A DNA stretch of 37,275 bases from Trichomonas gallinae (taxonomy: Eukaryota). Below, in pieces: positions 8,991 through 18,839 of the stretch (the first letter of the stretch is position 1; every line of letters begins with the position of its first letter). Where the stretch lies: the NCBI GenBank assembly GCA_008369845.1, contig MRSU01000421.1, positions 1 through 37,275 on the forward strand. The letters run 5' to 3'. The position numbers were made by a program, and so were the translations under genes. A model generated the notes under the pieces. It was not told the DNA's origin. It did not search any database and saw only the letters and a list, made by a program, of their open reading frames with translations.

Positions 8991-10814
8991 TTAAATAACT
9001 GAGAGCAATTGATAGTTTTTGTATTGACAAATTATTGTATAACTGTTGGATAAATTAAATAATGATTTGTTCGTCTGCTTATCGTATGTTTGAAGAATGA
9101 ATTGAATATTAAATCGTTTCATGTCGTTTTTTGTAATTGATATAAGCATTTGTTCGTAGTTGATTATTTGCTGAGAGTATTTCAGTGAATTTTGATACAA
9201 AATATGATAATCAGAAATGAATACAGATTTTCCCGCAAGTGATGACACAATATAAAAGTTTTGTGGTGATGCTAGAACTAAATCGTGAGATCCAACTTTT
9301 TCGCGAATTATATTTGATAAATCGATCTCATCGTGTGCATTTTGATGATATACGTTAGATATAGTCTTATCCATGCAGTTTCTCGTTCCAATTATTTGAA
9401 AACACAACAATATTAAGAAAATTGATTTCAAAATTCCCGAAATTTTTGGTAATTTCTCATTTGACGTGATGTTATCGATATTAAATATGTTAATATACAA
9501 AATTGGCAACAACAAGCATTGAAAAACGACCGATGATGAATAATAATCATTTCCTTCAGTAAATATTGAAGATATTAAGCAAATAGACAAAGCAGCAAAT
9601 GTTTTGTGCGAAAAATTAGAATTTGTAAAAACCCTAATCAATCCCAAAGCAGAATAACCTAAAATTTCGAATATTGCAGTAATTGCCGCAAAATAGAGTC
9701 CATCATTAAGATATGATGACCATATTGGCTTATACTGCACATTTGATCCAATAAACTTGAAAATTAAAACAAATGAAAACAAATTCATTGTTTTCCATGA
9801 ATTTTCGAAAATGAGACCATAAAGGAAGATTGCTGCGGATACAATTGGACTAGGAATCAATGCAGCTGATATTCCAGCGAAAATTGCTGGTTTTACGTTT
9901 TTTGCACCTGTTGATATTAATGATAATGATAAAAAAGACAAAGCAATTGAAAATGAATAATGCTTTGGTAATGCAAGAATATGCGCAATGATTTGATAAG
10001 AAGGAATAGGAAAATATCGATCAATTTCGTGAACAAAATCAAAATCATGATTATTTGAGAAAATGTAACGAATGAAAGCCCATCCACAATTCGAAAAGAA
10101 CAGTAATACTAGAATAATTGGATAGGTTGTGTGGTTTTTTATATAATAAAAGAAGAAAGCAACCGAAGAAATTGTATTCATGAAACAAATGAAAATTGAC
10201 GTATTTTCATATGGACTCTCTAAGACTGTGCATGCTGAAATGAAGTAATTTATAATGTATGGATGAGTAACTGAAGAATTTGTTAATAAAGGATTTTCAA
10301 TAATGAAAAATTGCATTCTCTTAGTGTTTGTGCCGTATATTATTGAATTTGAAATAGATTTTTCAACAGAAATGATAGAAAATGCTATTTTAGATTGTGT
10401 TGAATTATTATATAGCGAGTTTAAGTATATAAATGATATAAATCCAATAATAAATAACAGTATATAAATGGAATATGGCTCATCTTTTAACATTTTCGAT
10501 TTAATTTTCTCGTTACGATATTGAATTCTGTCAATAATGAGTTTGGAAATAATTGATAGTAATATTTGAATAATTATCACTGCATATACAAGGAATTTCG
10601 TCATTGGAATGAAATATGTTAAGAAGATAAGAAAGTAAGATGTTAAAATCGATCCAAAAAGCCATCCTGCTAATATTTGGTATGGATTTTTCCATTTTTG
10701 CCATAATATAATCTGAACTATATAATAGCCAAATGTGATTGTTGATAAATGAAATATCAAAGAAAAATCAATTTCGAGCAAAACACAAAAATGATTAAAC
10801 AAGTTTCCAAACAC
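8991..10814 (-). CDS. Polytopic membrane protein, possibly GT-C-fold glycosyltransferase-like; 5' end appears disrupted
   Basis: About 607 open codons with many hydrophobic helices and a soluble C-terminal domain. The ORF starts at GTG, has an in-frame TGA at 10844-10842, and the first in-frame ATG is at 10604. Confidence 0.6.
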   Translation of the reverse strand: MFGNLFNHFCVLLEIDFSLIFHLSTITFGYYIVQIILWQKWKNPYQILAGWLFGSILTSYFLIFLTYFIPMTKFLVYAVIIIQILLSIISKLIIDRIQYRNEKIKSKMLKDEPYSIYILLFIIGFISFIYLNSLYNNSTQSKIAFSIISVEKSISNSIIYGTNTKRMQFFIIENPLLTNSSVTHPYIINYFISACTVLESPYENTSIFICFMNTISSVAFFFYYIKNHTTYPIILVLLFFSNCGWAFIRYIFSNNHDFDFVHEIDRYFPIPSYQIIAHILALPKHYSFSIALSFLSLSLISTGAKNVKPAIFAGISAALIPSPIVSAAIFLYGLIFENSWKTMNLFSFVLIFKFIGSNVQYKPIWSSYLNDGLYFAAITAIFEILGYSALGLIRVFTNSNFSHKTFAALSICLISSIFTEGNDYYSSSVVFQCLLLPILYINIFNIDNITSNEKLPKISGILKSIFLILLCFQIIGTRNCMDKTISNVYHQNAHDEIDLSNIIREKVGSHDLVLASPQNFYIVSSLAGKSVFISDYHILYQNSLKYSQQIINYEQMLISITKNDMKRFNIQFILQTYDKQTNKSLFNLSNSYTIICQYKNYQLLSVI

Positions 10815-11109
10815 TGGATCACTATAAGAGTTATTATGATATCAACCCAATATATGATAATTTTTTATTGAGAAATGATAAATAGCCTATAATGATCAAA
10901 CATATGAAGATAAATCACAGAAAAGATGCAATTCTTTACGAAATTTTTAATGTTTCAGCAAGAAATTAATTTCAATCAATATTCACATGAAATTACCGTT
11001 TCAAATTCGTATTGATTTTATATTTTTTCGGTGTAGATGATTAATTTAACGAATTAATGTTATAAAAGAAAAAATCAAAAATATGATAAAATAAATAAAG
11101 AATTTATTC

Positions 11110-14100
11110 TTATATTTCGTCCATCTTGAGGGACTGTTCTCTGAATTGCGTCAAATTGATTGTTAAGACACCAGATGATGACGTTTCAACTTCCTTGAAA
11201 ACGCCAGCAAGAGAATCAGCATATTCGAAGAATCTATCTCTAAGAGAAACACAAATAATCTGAGAGCCATCATCATCTTCTGATAATTCCTTTAAAGCCA
11301 TTGCAGCCTGCTTGAGGTTTATCTTATCAAGGGATGCATCTGGCTCATCCAAAATGATAAATGGTGCCTTCAAGAACTTTTGAAGTGCGACGACTAATGC
11401 TAATGATGCGACTGCTTTTTCACCACCAGACAACTGCTCGAGATCTCTAAATCTCTTGTGTGGTGGCATTGCTGTGTACTTGATGCCTCCGAGATATGGC
11501 TCATCTGTATCTTCTATAGCCATATACGCGACGCCGCTGTGTTCATTGTGGCTTCCTCTTCTAGTGAACATTTGGTAGACTGGATTGATAGTTTCATCGA
11601 GGCTGTCGTAGAGTTCCATGAATTTGGTCCTTCTCTCTTCGCGCTTCTCGTTAAACTTCTTCTTCATATCCTTGGCCTTATCCGCCATCTTGTCGCTTTC
11701 CTCCTTGATGTTCTTGAGTTCCTCTTCGACGCCCTTGAATTTGTCGTCAGATCTAAGGTCAGGATGAATCTGTGAAATTTCTGCTCTCTTCTTTGCGAGT
11801 TTCTTCTCGAAATCGCTGACGACTTCATTGTACTTCTCCCATTTAACTGATTTGTTGGCGCTTGATAAACTCCTGAAGTCGATTATCTTAACTTGCTCGA
11901 GATCTTCAGCTGCCTGAGAATCTGTCGAAAGTGTAGATGTGATTTCCTTGTGGTATTCACCTCTGTGTGGAAGTTCCACATTGTCTAACAAGCAGCGCTG
12001 GAAGACCATTGAGAGCTGCTGAGTTGCTGTTCTTGTCGCGTGATCGTATTCGTTGTATGAGTTCTTGTTTCCTTCGAGGTCATCCTCCATTTGTCTAATT
12101 GACCTGTTGAGCTCCTTGAGTTCTTCTCTGTACTGCTCGTCGTGCTCTCTAAGTTCTCCGAGTTCTTCTTTGAGCTGAGAAACTTCTTTTTCTGCGGCCT
12201 TCTTTTCTGTGCTCAACTCTTCTTTCTTAGTCTTAGAATTCTCGAAGTTTTCTTGGAGATCCTTCAATGTCTCATTCAACTCGTCGATGACTTTCTGCGG
12301 GTTGTCGCTTTCTTCGTTTGGAATTACGTTCTTGATGTACTCGAGTCTGTTTTCAAGTGTTGTTCTCCTGTGGTAAATACTCTCGATCTCTTGGATTGAC
12401 TGACCTGTCTTTAATTCAATGTCAGCGAAGAGTTCTTTATCAAGTTTCGCTTGTTCTTTCGCGAGTTTGTCGAAAACGAATTGTGACTCATCGAGAAGCT
12501 TCTTCTTTTCAGCAATTTCGCCGTCGAGCTCCTTAACACGCCTCTGGACTGTTCTGAGATCAGACTCGTTGATCATTTTATCTCTGCTTAATTCAGAAAT
12601 GTGCCTGTTGTATCCTTCTATCTGTCTCATGACTGTTCCGAGCTCTTCTTCGATCTTGTTGAATTCGTTTCTTCTCATCTCGATTCTTTCTGCTGTCTCC
12701 TGGAGCTCCCTGTCGAGCTTGGCGCGCTCTTTCTCAAGGTCGGCGAGAGACGAAGCCTGGAATGATGTGTTTTCGCGTGCGCTCGCTGTAGTAATGATAC
12801 CGTTTCTGTCGAACATTGTTCCATCGAGTGTAATTGCGTTGTAGCCTTTCTCGAATGATAATTCTCTAGCTGTATCGAAGTCCTTGGCGACGACTGTTGT
12901 TCCGCATGCGAAATCAACGGCTGGCTGATATTCTGCGTTAGAAACACTGACGACTTTTGACAAGTAAGTAATTCCGGCGACCTGTTTCTTGTTTGGAACA
13001 GCCAAGCCCTTGAGTGGAATGAATCCGTACTTGCCGACGCCCTGCTCGTTGAAGTACTCCATGCAGCGCTGGCCGACTTGGCGGTCTTTGACAACTACAT
13101 AGTCGACAAACTCGCCGATTCCGTTTAAGAATGCTTTTTCAAACTTGTTTTGTGTTGGCTTGCATAACTGTCCTAAGCATCCATAGACACCATTAGGAAT
13201 GAGCCTCTGGAGTGCAGCGACGGCCTTGAGGAATCTATCCCTGTGCTTGGCAGTGCCCTGTGCGCGTCTGATTTCGTCATATTTCTTTTCGATTACAGCG
13301 AGTTTTTCTGTTTTCTTCTTCTGGTTGTTTCTGTCGACATCATCTGAGACGTTCATCTTTCTCAGTTCGCTGTCGAGCTTAGTCTTCCTGTCTACTACTG
13401 TCTGGCGCTGTGCATTGTACTTTTGTGTGTCTTCTTCTATCTTAGATAAAGTATCACGTTTCCTTGTGACTGTTTCTTCCTGCGTTTCTTTGTCTTTTAC
13501 AAGTGCTGAGTAGTCATTTTGATGACCATCCCTGATTTTAGCAGCATCTGACAGTTTGTTCGCGAGATCTGAATATTGTTTCGATGCCTGAGCTCTAATT
13601 GAGTTATATTTCTTGATATCTTCACGGAGATCACCTGGATCAGGAAGACCGGCGATTTCTTTTTCGATTTGCTCTGATTCTTTCTGATAATCTTCGAGAC
13701 GTTTCTTCCATAGATTGGAATCATTCAAGTTTGACTCAATTTTCATGTTTGTGTCCTCAATACTCCTCTGGAAATGCAAATAACGCTCTTCTTCACGTGC
13801 AAGATTTGCATTAATATTTCTGATCTCTTGTTCCTTTGATTGGAGCTTGTTGTCGACTGCTGTGAGCTTGTCGACGAGCTCGTTGCTTTGTGTTTGCAGT
13901 TCTTTCCTTGAGTCTTTGCTTTCATCAATTTTTTGAACAAGACTTGTTCTCGTAGATTCGAGTTCCTCACATTCAGCAGTGCCGTGCTCAATCTGTTTGT
14001 TAAGGTGGTAAAGCTGGAAGAGTGACATCTCAAGCTGAATTTCTTTTTCTTCTTCAGCCAACGTAGTATACTTTGAGGCTTCTTTCTGGCGCTCAGAGAT

Positions 14101-14670
14101 GTGGTTCTTCTCGGCCTTAGCAGTTCTGCGACGTTTTTCTAAGAGACTGACAGCTTCTTGAGCAGATTCGTATCCGATTCTGAATTCTTCGTATTCATCC
14201 TGGCAATCAGCACTGCCACTGTACTGCTCGAAGAGTGCTGTAAGTTCCTGTGGTGTTTTGCGGGCGATTGCATCAATCTCTTGCTGTTTGATGAAACAAA
14301 GTGGAGTAATTCTGTGTTCTCTGATTGTTTTCACGTATTCCTCGATGTCTTTTTCATCTCCATTGATGAAATATGTATCATTTCCATCAAAACGACGCTC
14401 AAACGAAATTTCTTTCTTTCCTGAAACGAAAATTGTACGAACATAGCATGAATTCGCGCTTGTATCTGTTGGATCCCTGTAAATATAGTTTGTACTGCGT
14501 GGATTTGGATCCAAAAACAAACAGAATGCTAGAGAATCTAAAACATTACTTTTACCAGCACCATTTGGGCCAACGATTCCGGAAAACGGTAGGAATGGTC
14601 CAATAGTGTGTTTCCCGCGGAATGACTTGAAGTTTTCAAGCTCAATGCGAGAGAGTTTCAGTTGTTTCAT
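11110..14670 (-). CDS. SMC1: Cohesin subunit SMC1
   Basis: Walker A GPNGAGKSN, coiled coils, hinge (GVYG..L), SMC1-type YTAMPPHKRFRDLEQLSGGEK, Walker B ILDE. ATG at 14670. Confidence 0.93.
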   Translation of the reverse strand: MKQLKLSRIELENFKSFRGKHTIGPFLPFSGIVGPNGAGKSNVLDSLAFCLFLDPNPRSTNYIYRDPTDTSANSCYVRTIFVSGKKEISFERRFDGNDTYFINGDEKDIEEYVKTIREHRITPLCFIKQQEIDAIARKTPQELTALFEQYSGSADCQDEYEEFRIGYESAQEAVSLLEKRRRTAKAEKNHISERQKEASKYTTLAEEEKEIQLEMSLFQLYHLNKQIEHGTAECEELESTRTSLVQKIDESKDSRKELQTQSNELVDKLTAVDNKLQSKEQEIRNINANLAREEERYLHFQRSIEDTNMKIESNLNDSNLWKKRLEDYQKESEQIEKEIAGLPDPGDLREDIKKYNSIRAQASKQYSDLANKLSDAAKIRDGHQNDYSALVKDKETQEETVTRKRDTLSKIEEDTQKYNAQRQTVVDRKTKLDSELRKMNVSDDVDRNNQKKKTEKLAVIEKKYDEIRRAQGTAKHRDRFLKAVAALQRLIPNGVYGCLGQLCKPTQNKFEKAFLNGIGEFVDYVVVKDRQVGQRCMEYFNEQGVGKYGFIPLKGLAVPNKKQVAGITYLSKVVSVSNAEYQPAVDFACGTTVVAKDFDTARELSFEKGYNAITLDGTMFDRNGIITTASARENTSFQASSLADLEKERAKLDRELQETAERIEMRRNEFNKIEEELGTVMRQIEGYNRHISELSRDKMINESDLRTVQRRVKELDGEIAEKKKLLDESQFVFDKLAKEQAKLDKELFADIELKTGQSIQEIESIYHRRTTLENRLEYIKNVIPNEESDNPQKVIDELNETLKDLQENFENSKTKKEELSTEKKAAEKEVSQLKEELGELREHDEQYREELKELNRSIRQMEDDLEGNKNSYNEYDHATRTATQQLSMVFQRCLLDNVELPHRGEYHKEITSTLSTDSQAAEDLEQVKIIDFRSLSSANKSVKWEKYNEVVSDFEKKLAKKRAEISQIHPDLRSDDKFKGVEEELKNIKEESDKMADKAKDMKKKFNEKREERRTKFMELYDSLDETINPVYQMFTRRGSHNEHSGVAYMAIEDTDEPYLGGIKYTAMPPHKRFRDLEQLSGGEKAVASLALVVALQKFLKAPFIILDEPDASLDKINLKQAAMALKELSEDDDGSQIICVSLRDRFFEYADSLAGVFKEVETSSSGVLTINLTQFREQSLKMDEI

Positions 14671-14682
14671 TTTTTTAAAAAA

Positions 14683-14724
14683 TTTTCCCGCCAAAATTGA
14701 TAAAACTGCAAAAAAGGCGCCAAA
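14683..14724. promoter_or_regulatory. Paired E2F-consensus sites immediately upstream of SMC1
   Basis: TTTTCCCGCCAAAA (14683-14696) and GCGCCAAA (14717-14724, reading TTTGGCGC on the minus strand) match TTTSSCGC in a very AT-rich context. Confidence 0.55.
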
Positions 14725-15199
14725 AAATTATTTTGCATTTTCTTTATCTTTATGTCATATTATCACTAAATATCACAAAAAATCATCATTTATTAATGAA
14801 ATATTATCATCAAAATTAAAGTTTCAATTTTTAATCATTTTGATGATATATTTATTTAATAAACAAGTTATATACTAATATTATAATAATTAAATTTATA
14901 AATTCCTTGGTAATTTAATTTGGAAAATAAAAAATCAATTATTATGGTTTGATACATTTTGTTTAATATTCTATTAACTATATATTTTTATATTATATAG
15001 TTAAATTTATAAAATAATGATATTAATCATTGATTTCATTAAATCAATGTTTATTTTTAGTGATTATATATTTTGTGTATGACAAATAGAATATATTTTT
15101 GCTTAAAGTTATGATAGTAATAGAGATGGTTTGAAAAACTTGATATTTAAGTAACAAAATTTATATAATTACAAAAAATATAATATAAACAATAATATA

Positions 15200-17314
15200 T
15201 TACTGGTTGGAGGTAGCTACAGCTGCTTGTATTTTTGCCTTGATTTGGCTTCTTAATGATTCGATTTCATTTCTAGAATTTTGCTGGAATTCTTCAATTT
15301 CCTTTTCCAGCTCTTGTTTTCTCTTTAAAAGTTCCTCATATTGACGGGATTCTGTTATAAGCATGTCATTCTCTTCTTGTATGTTTGCAAGTTGAGTAGC
15401 ATTGTTAGAATTCTTTTTTTGAAGTTCCTCAATTGTTGCCTGGGCCCGCTGGCATATGGAGTTCGACTGGTTGTATTTTTCACGCATTTGTGCAACTTCT
15501 TCTCTTAAATTCTTTAATTTTTCTTGTCTGTGCATATTTGCTTCATGGCGCGCAATTTTCCTTTCTCTGGCACTGGCATCTTCTCCAATTACCTTAGTTA
15601 AACTTTGCTGCAATTTGTTGCGTTTTTCAATATCTTGCTTCGAGAAATCAAGACTTAATGATTTAGTCCATTGAGCTATTTGATCGCCGAAACTATCTGT
15701 ATATGAATTAGAATTGTTAGATTGATCAATTTCTATTTGTTCTTCTTTAATTTCAACTTTTCTTTCGATAATCTTTTTGAGAAGCACTTCATTGGAATCT
15801 GAATAAGGATCTGATACTGGAGGAAGTGGTTGATGTGTTAAATCCTCAATCGAAAATTTATTTTGATTATTTTCGTATTTTGGAAGTCCATCAACTTCTA
15901 AACCTCTTATTGAATCCGGTAGTAACTCAATCATATCTTTAAGCTTCGAAATGTCTACTTTTTGTTTGGCCAAAACTTTATTCTTCATTTCTAAGAATTT
16001 TTGAACGTGAGATTGAATGTCATCATTTGGTACATCATTTTCTTTGTGGCTAGAAAGCTCGAAATCGCGAGATTTAACAACTGATAACAATGAATCTAAA
16101 ACTTCTTTGAGTTCTTCAATGGCAATCTTATGGTAACTGTCTGAAGACTGAAGATTTGATTCGAGTTTGTTAAGTTTATCTTTGCATCTGTTGATTTGTT
16201 CGGATGATATATGATCAACAACAATTTTTTGTGGTTTGTCGACAACAATTGGATCAATTTTAGGTACAATGAATAAACTGTCGTATTTCTTATATATGTT
16301 TTGAATATCATTTGAAATATCGTTGATTAATAATTTTATATTTGTATCACTTGCATAAACCTCATGATTTTCTGCATGAATGGATTTCTCAAGTCCATCT
16401 AATATTGTTTGTGCATGTTGAATTTTACTATGTGCATCTCTAATAATATTTGATGAAAAAAGAAAACCATTTTGCTGCAAATTAGTAATATGGCCTTGAA
16501 TATTGTCTTTAATTTGTGAAAGAACTTCATTCTTTTCATTGTCAATACGTTCAATGCGATTTTCAAACGAATTAAGTAGATTTCTTTTTTCTTCTAAGAT
16601 TTTATTCTGGTTTTCTGATGTTGCGAAGAATTTTTGAATAAGGTGATTGACATCTTTACCTGCACTTAGCTTTGAGTAGAACTCTGTGCGATTAAAATCG
16701 AAATTATCTAAAAACTCTTGTTGATAATTTAAATTTTCGGAAATTATAGATAAAATGTCGTTAGAGGCGTTATACTTTGGATTCTTCATTGGACATTTGA
16801 TTGAATCCAAAGCCTGATCTTGTGGAATTGAAATTGCTAAATTTTCAAGTTCTTCTTGAGTTAAATTTTCTTCCTGAGTATTTGTGCAATATACAGATCT
16901 TCGGAGACGTGTCAGTTTGTCTAATTTATGAAGATAAATTTTCTTCAAATTTAAAATTTGAGAATTTGATCTTGTAATATTAACAAAGTCGGGGCAGCCA
17001 ACAATGTTATTAATTTGAAATATGAATGGCTCGTCTTTTGAAGAACAAACTTTTGCGTTTTCAATTGCAGAAATTTCAACAGAGTTTTTTGCTTCTTCAT
17101 ATGCTCTTTGGGTTGTCTTAAGTTTATCACTTATCATTTCTAACTGATAGTTCGAATTTTCGCTGAAATTTTCTTCTTTTTGCATTAAATCATCCAATTC
17201 TGCAATTTTATTTCTCAATTCCTTATGTTTCTGAATTATATTGTCCAGTTCTATCTTTCGGTTAATAGAGTGTGCATATATTGCTGAAATTTCATAAAGG
17301 AACTGATCATTCAT
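15200..17314 (-). CDS. Hypothetical coiled-coil protein
   Basis: 704-aa ORF from ATG 17314, heptad-rich. No catalytic motif seen. Confidence 0.8.
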   Translation of the reverse strand: MNDQFLYEISAIYAHSINRKIELDNIIQKHKELRNKIAELDDLMQKEENFSENSNYQLEMISDKLKTTQRAYEEAKNSVEISAIENAKVCSSKDEPFIFQINNIVGCPDFVNITRSNSQILNLKKIYLHKLDKLTRLRRSVYCTNTQEENLTQEELENLAISIPQDQALDSIKCPMKNPKYNASNDILSIISENLNYQQEFLDNFDFNRTEFYSKLSAGKDVNHLIQKFFATSENQNKILEEKRNLLNSFENRIERIDNEKNEVLSQIKDNIQGHITNLQQNGFLFSSNIIRDAHSKIQHAQTILDGLEKSIHAENHEVYASDTNIKLLINDISNDIQNIYKKYDSLFIVPKIDPIVVDKPQKIVVDHISSEQINRCKDKLNKLESNLQSSDSYHKIAIEELKEVLDSLLSVVKSRDFELSSHKENDVPNDDIQSHVQKFLEMKNKVLAKQKVDISKLKDMIELLPDSIRGLEVDGLPKYENNQNKFSIEDLTHQPLPPVSDPYSDSNEVLLKKIIERKVEIKEEQIEIDQSNNSNSYTDSFGDQIAQWTKSLSLDFSKQDIEKRNKLQQSLTKVIGEDASARERKIARHEANMHRQEKLKNLREEVAQMREKYNQSNSICQRAQATIEELQKKNSNNATQLANIQEENDMLITESRQYEELLKRKQELEKEIEEFQQNSRNEIESLRSQIKAKIQAAVATSNQ

Positions 17315-17320
17315 ATGTTT

Positions 17321-17416
17321 TGTCACTTTTAATAAATTGACTTTAAAATAATCGTAATAATGTCACTTTTATGTTTTAATATTGAAGTGAAAATAATCGT
17401 TGTGTTGTCACTTTTA
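17321..17416 (-). promoter_or_regulatory. Three copies of TAAAAGTGACA upstream of the 17314 start
   Basis: TGTCACTTTTA on the plus strand at 17321, 17361 and 17406. Confidence 0.55.
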
Positions 17417-17672
17417 TTGTTCTTTTGTCTTATCATGATACAGATCAATTCTCATCGATACAATGACTGCCATATTGAGTATTTACTTAATTTAGATGGA
17501 ACAGAGATATGAACTAATGCAAACAACATTGAAAATTCTTTTCGCAATATTTGATGCAGCTAAAAGAAAACAAAAAAAAAATCCTCCGACGACAGAAATT
17601 CACAAATAAATGACTCAGCTTGTCAATATTATTAAAAAAAGATGTTCAATTTAATAAAGCTAAATTATTGAC

Positions 17673-17730
17673 ATAATTTGATGGCATTAAAAACGTATTT
17701 CTTGTCAATAATTTGATGGCATTAAAAACG
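17673..17730. repeat. 23-bp perfect direct repeat
   Basis: ATAATTTGATGGCATTAAAAACG at 17673-17695 and 17708-17730. Confidence 0.9.
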
Positions 17731-17969
17731 ATTACAATCTTACTATTAATTCGAAATGAGCCCAAAATTAGCTGATGAATATTTCGAATTAAAACATTTT
17801 CAAAAAAATGATTCGATTATTGCATCTCTCTATTAAAAAGATTGAATTGGCGGTGATTTTGTGTATGAAAAACTTGAAATAAAGATTGAATAATTTATAT
17901 AACTAAAAGAGGATTTCCTAATGACTGAATTAGGACAGTAATATCATATATAGCAGAATGTAATAGAAC

Positions 17970-18839
17970 TTACAGTTCTGGAATGTTTTTGTATTCATCT
18001 TCTTCCTCATCTTTGAGAGCATCACCATTTTGATTGTTGTCCTTGTTACCAGTGCCTATATCAAGACCATAGCAACACATTTGAACAAGAAATAAGATGT
18101 CACAGGAAAGCGGACCACCAGCTCCGAAAATCCATGGCATCTGATTCCACGCGAATTGGGCACTAGTATCTTTAATGAAAAGAGACATCAAATATGTTCC
18201 ATTACCTGTAATAGAAAGAATTACATAAAATGGGCTCAAATCTGAAACCATTTTGTTCTTGCAGTTTTTGATGACTTGTGGGATACGTGATGATATATAA
18301 ATTGCTGCTGATGCCCAGCCAAATAATGTGCCAACAAGATTTACTTTTGTGTAAGGGCGTGCGTAGTCGACTGCCGCCAAAACAGCCGCTGCTGCGACTC
18401 CAGCAATTGAGGGCCCCACGATATCGCTATTTCCATCACTCTCTATGTCGTTCATCTCTGTCTGTTGATCTTTATCTTTCTTCATTTGATCTACACAACA
18501 TTCCACGTAACAAAATCGATAATAAACGTATTGTGCGACGAGAAGTCCATCGAGAATGCAATAAATGAAAGACTGGATGAACTGAATAACTAATCCGCCG
18601 TTAATAAAAAGACCGATAATCGAGAAAACGTTACCAGAAAACAAAAGTGTGAAGAAGAATGGACTTTGTCCGTCTACGCGCTTGGATCTGCAGTTTTGTA
18701 TGTATTGTGGTGTAGATGAAACGAGCCAAATGCAGTTAGAAAACATGCCAACCCAGAAGCTCGCCTTGTCTCTAGGAGTAACAACGCATTCGCCGAATAC
18801 TTTCTTAATCCATTTAACATATCCAGGGTCACAGGACAT
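17970..18839 (-). CDS. PQ-loop membrane transporter (PQLC2/Ypq-like)
   Basis: Two PQ motifs (STPQYIQN, SRIPQVIKN), each in a 3-TM bundle, and an acidic tail. Inr-like TCATT at 18857-18853. Confidence 0.9.
   Translation of the reverse strand: MSCDPGYVKWIKKVFGECVVTPRDKASFWVGMFSNCIWLVSSTPQYIQNCRSKRVDGQSPFFFTLLFSGNVFSIIGLFINGGLVIQFIQSFIYCILDGLLVAQYVYYRFCYVECCVDQMKKDKDQQTEMNDIESDGNSDIVGPSIAGVAAAAVLAAVDYARPYTKVNLVGTLFGWASAAIYISSRIPQVIKNCKNKMVSDLSPFYVILSITGNGTYLMSLFIKDTSAQFAWNQMPWIFGAGGPLSCDILFLVQMCCYGLDIGTGNKDNNQNGDALKDEEEDEYKNIPEL

Noticed and set aside
11458..14878. Many short antisense or overlapping ORFs over SMC1 (likewise over the MORN, B56, PQ-loop and SHIPPO genes)
   Set aside because: Shadow ORFs expected from codon bias of the real gene. 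Many start at TTG/GTG and none has recognisable motifs.
17673..17730. Direct repeat as a possible mini-CRISPR
   Set aside because: Only two copies with a 12-nt spacer, no cas genes, and a eukaryotic context.
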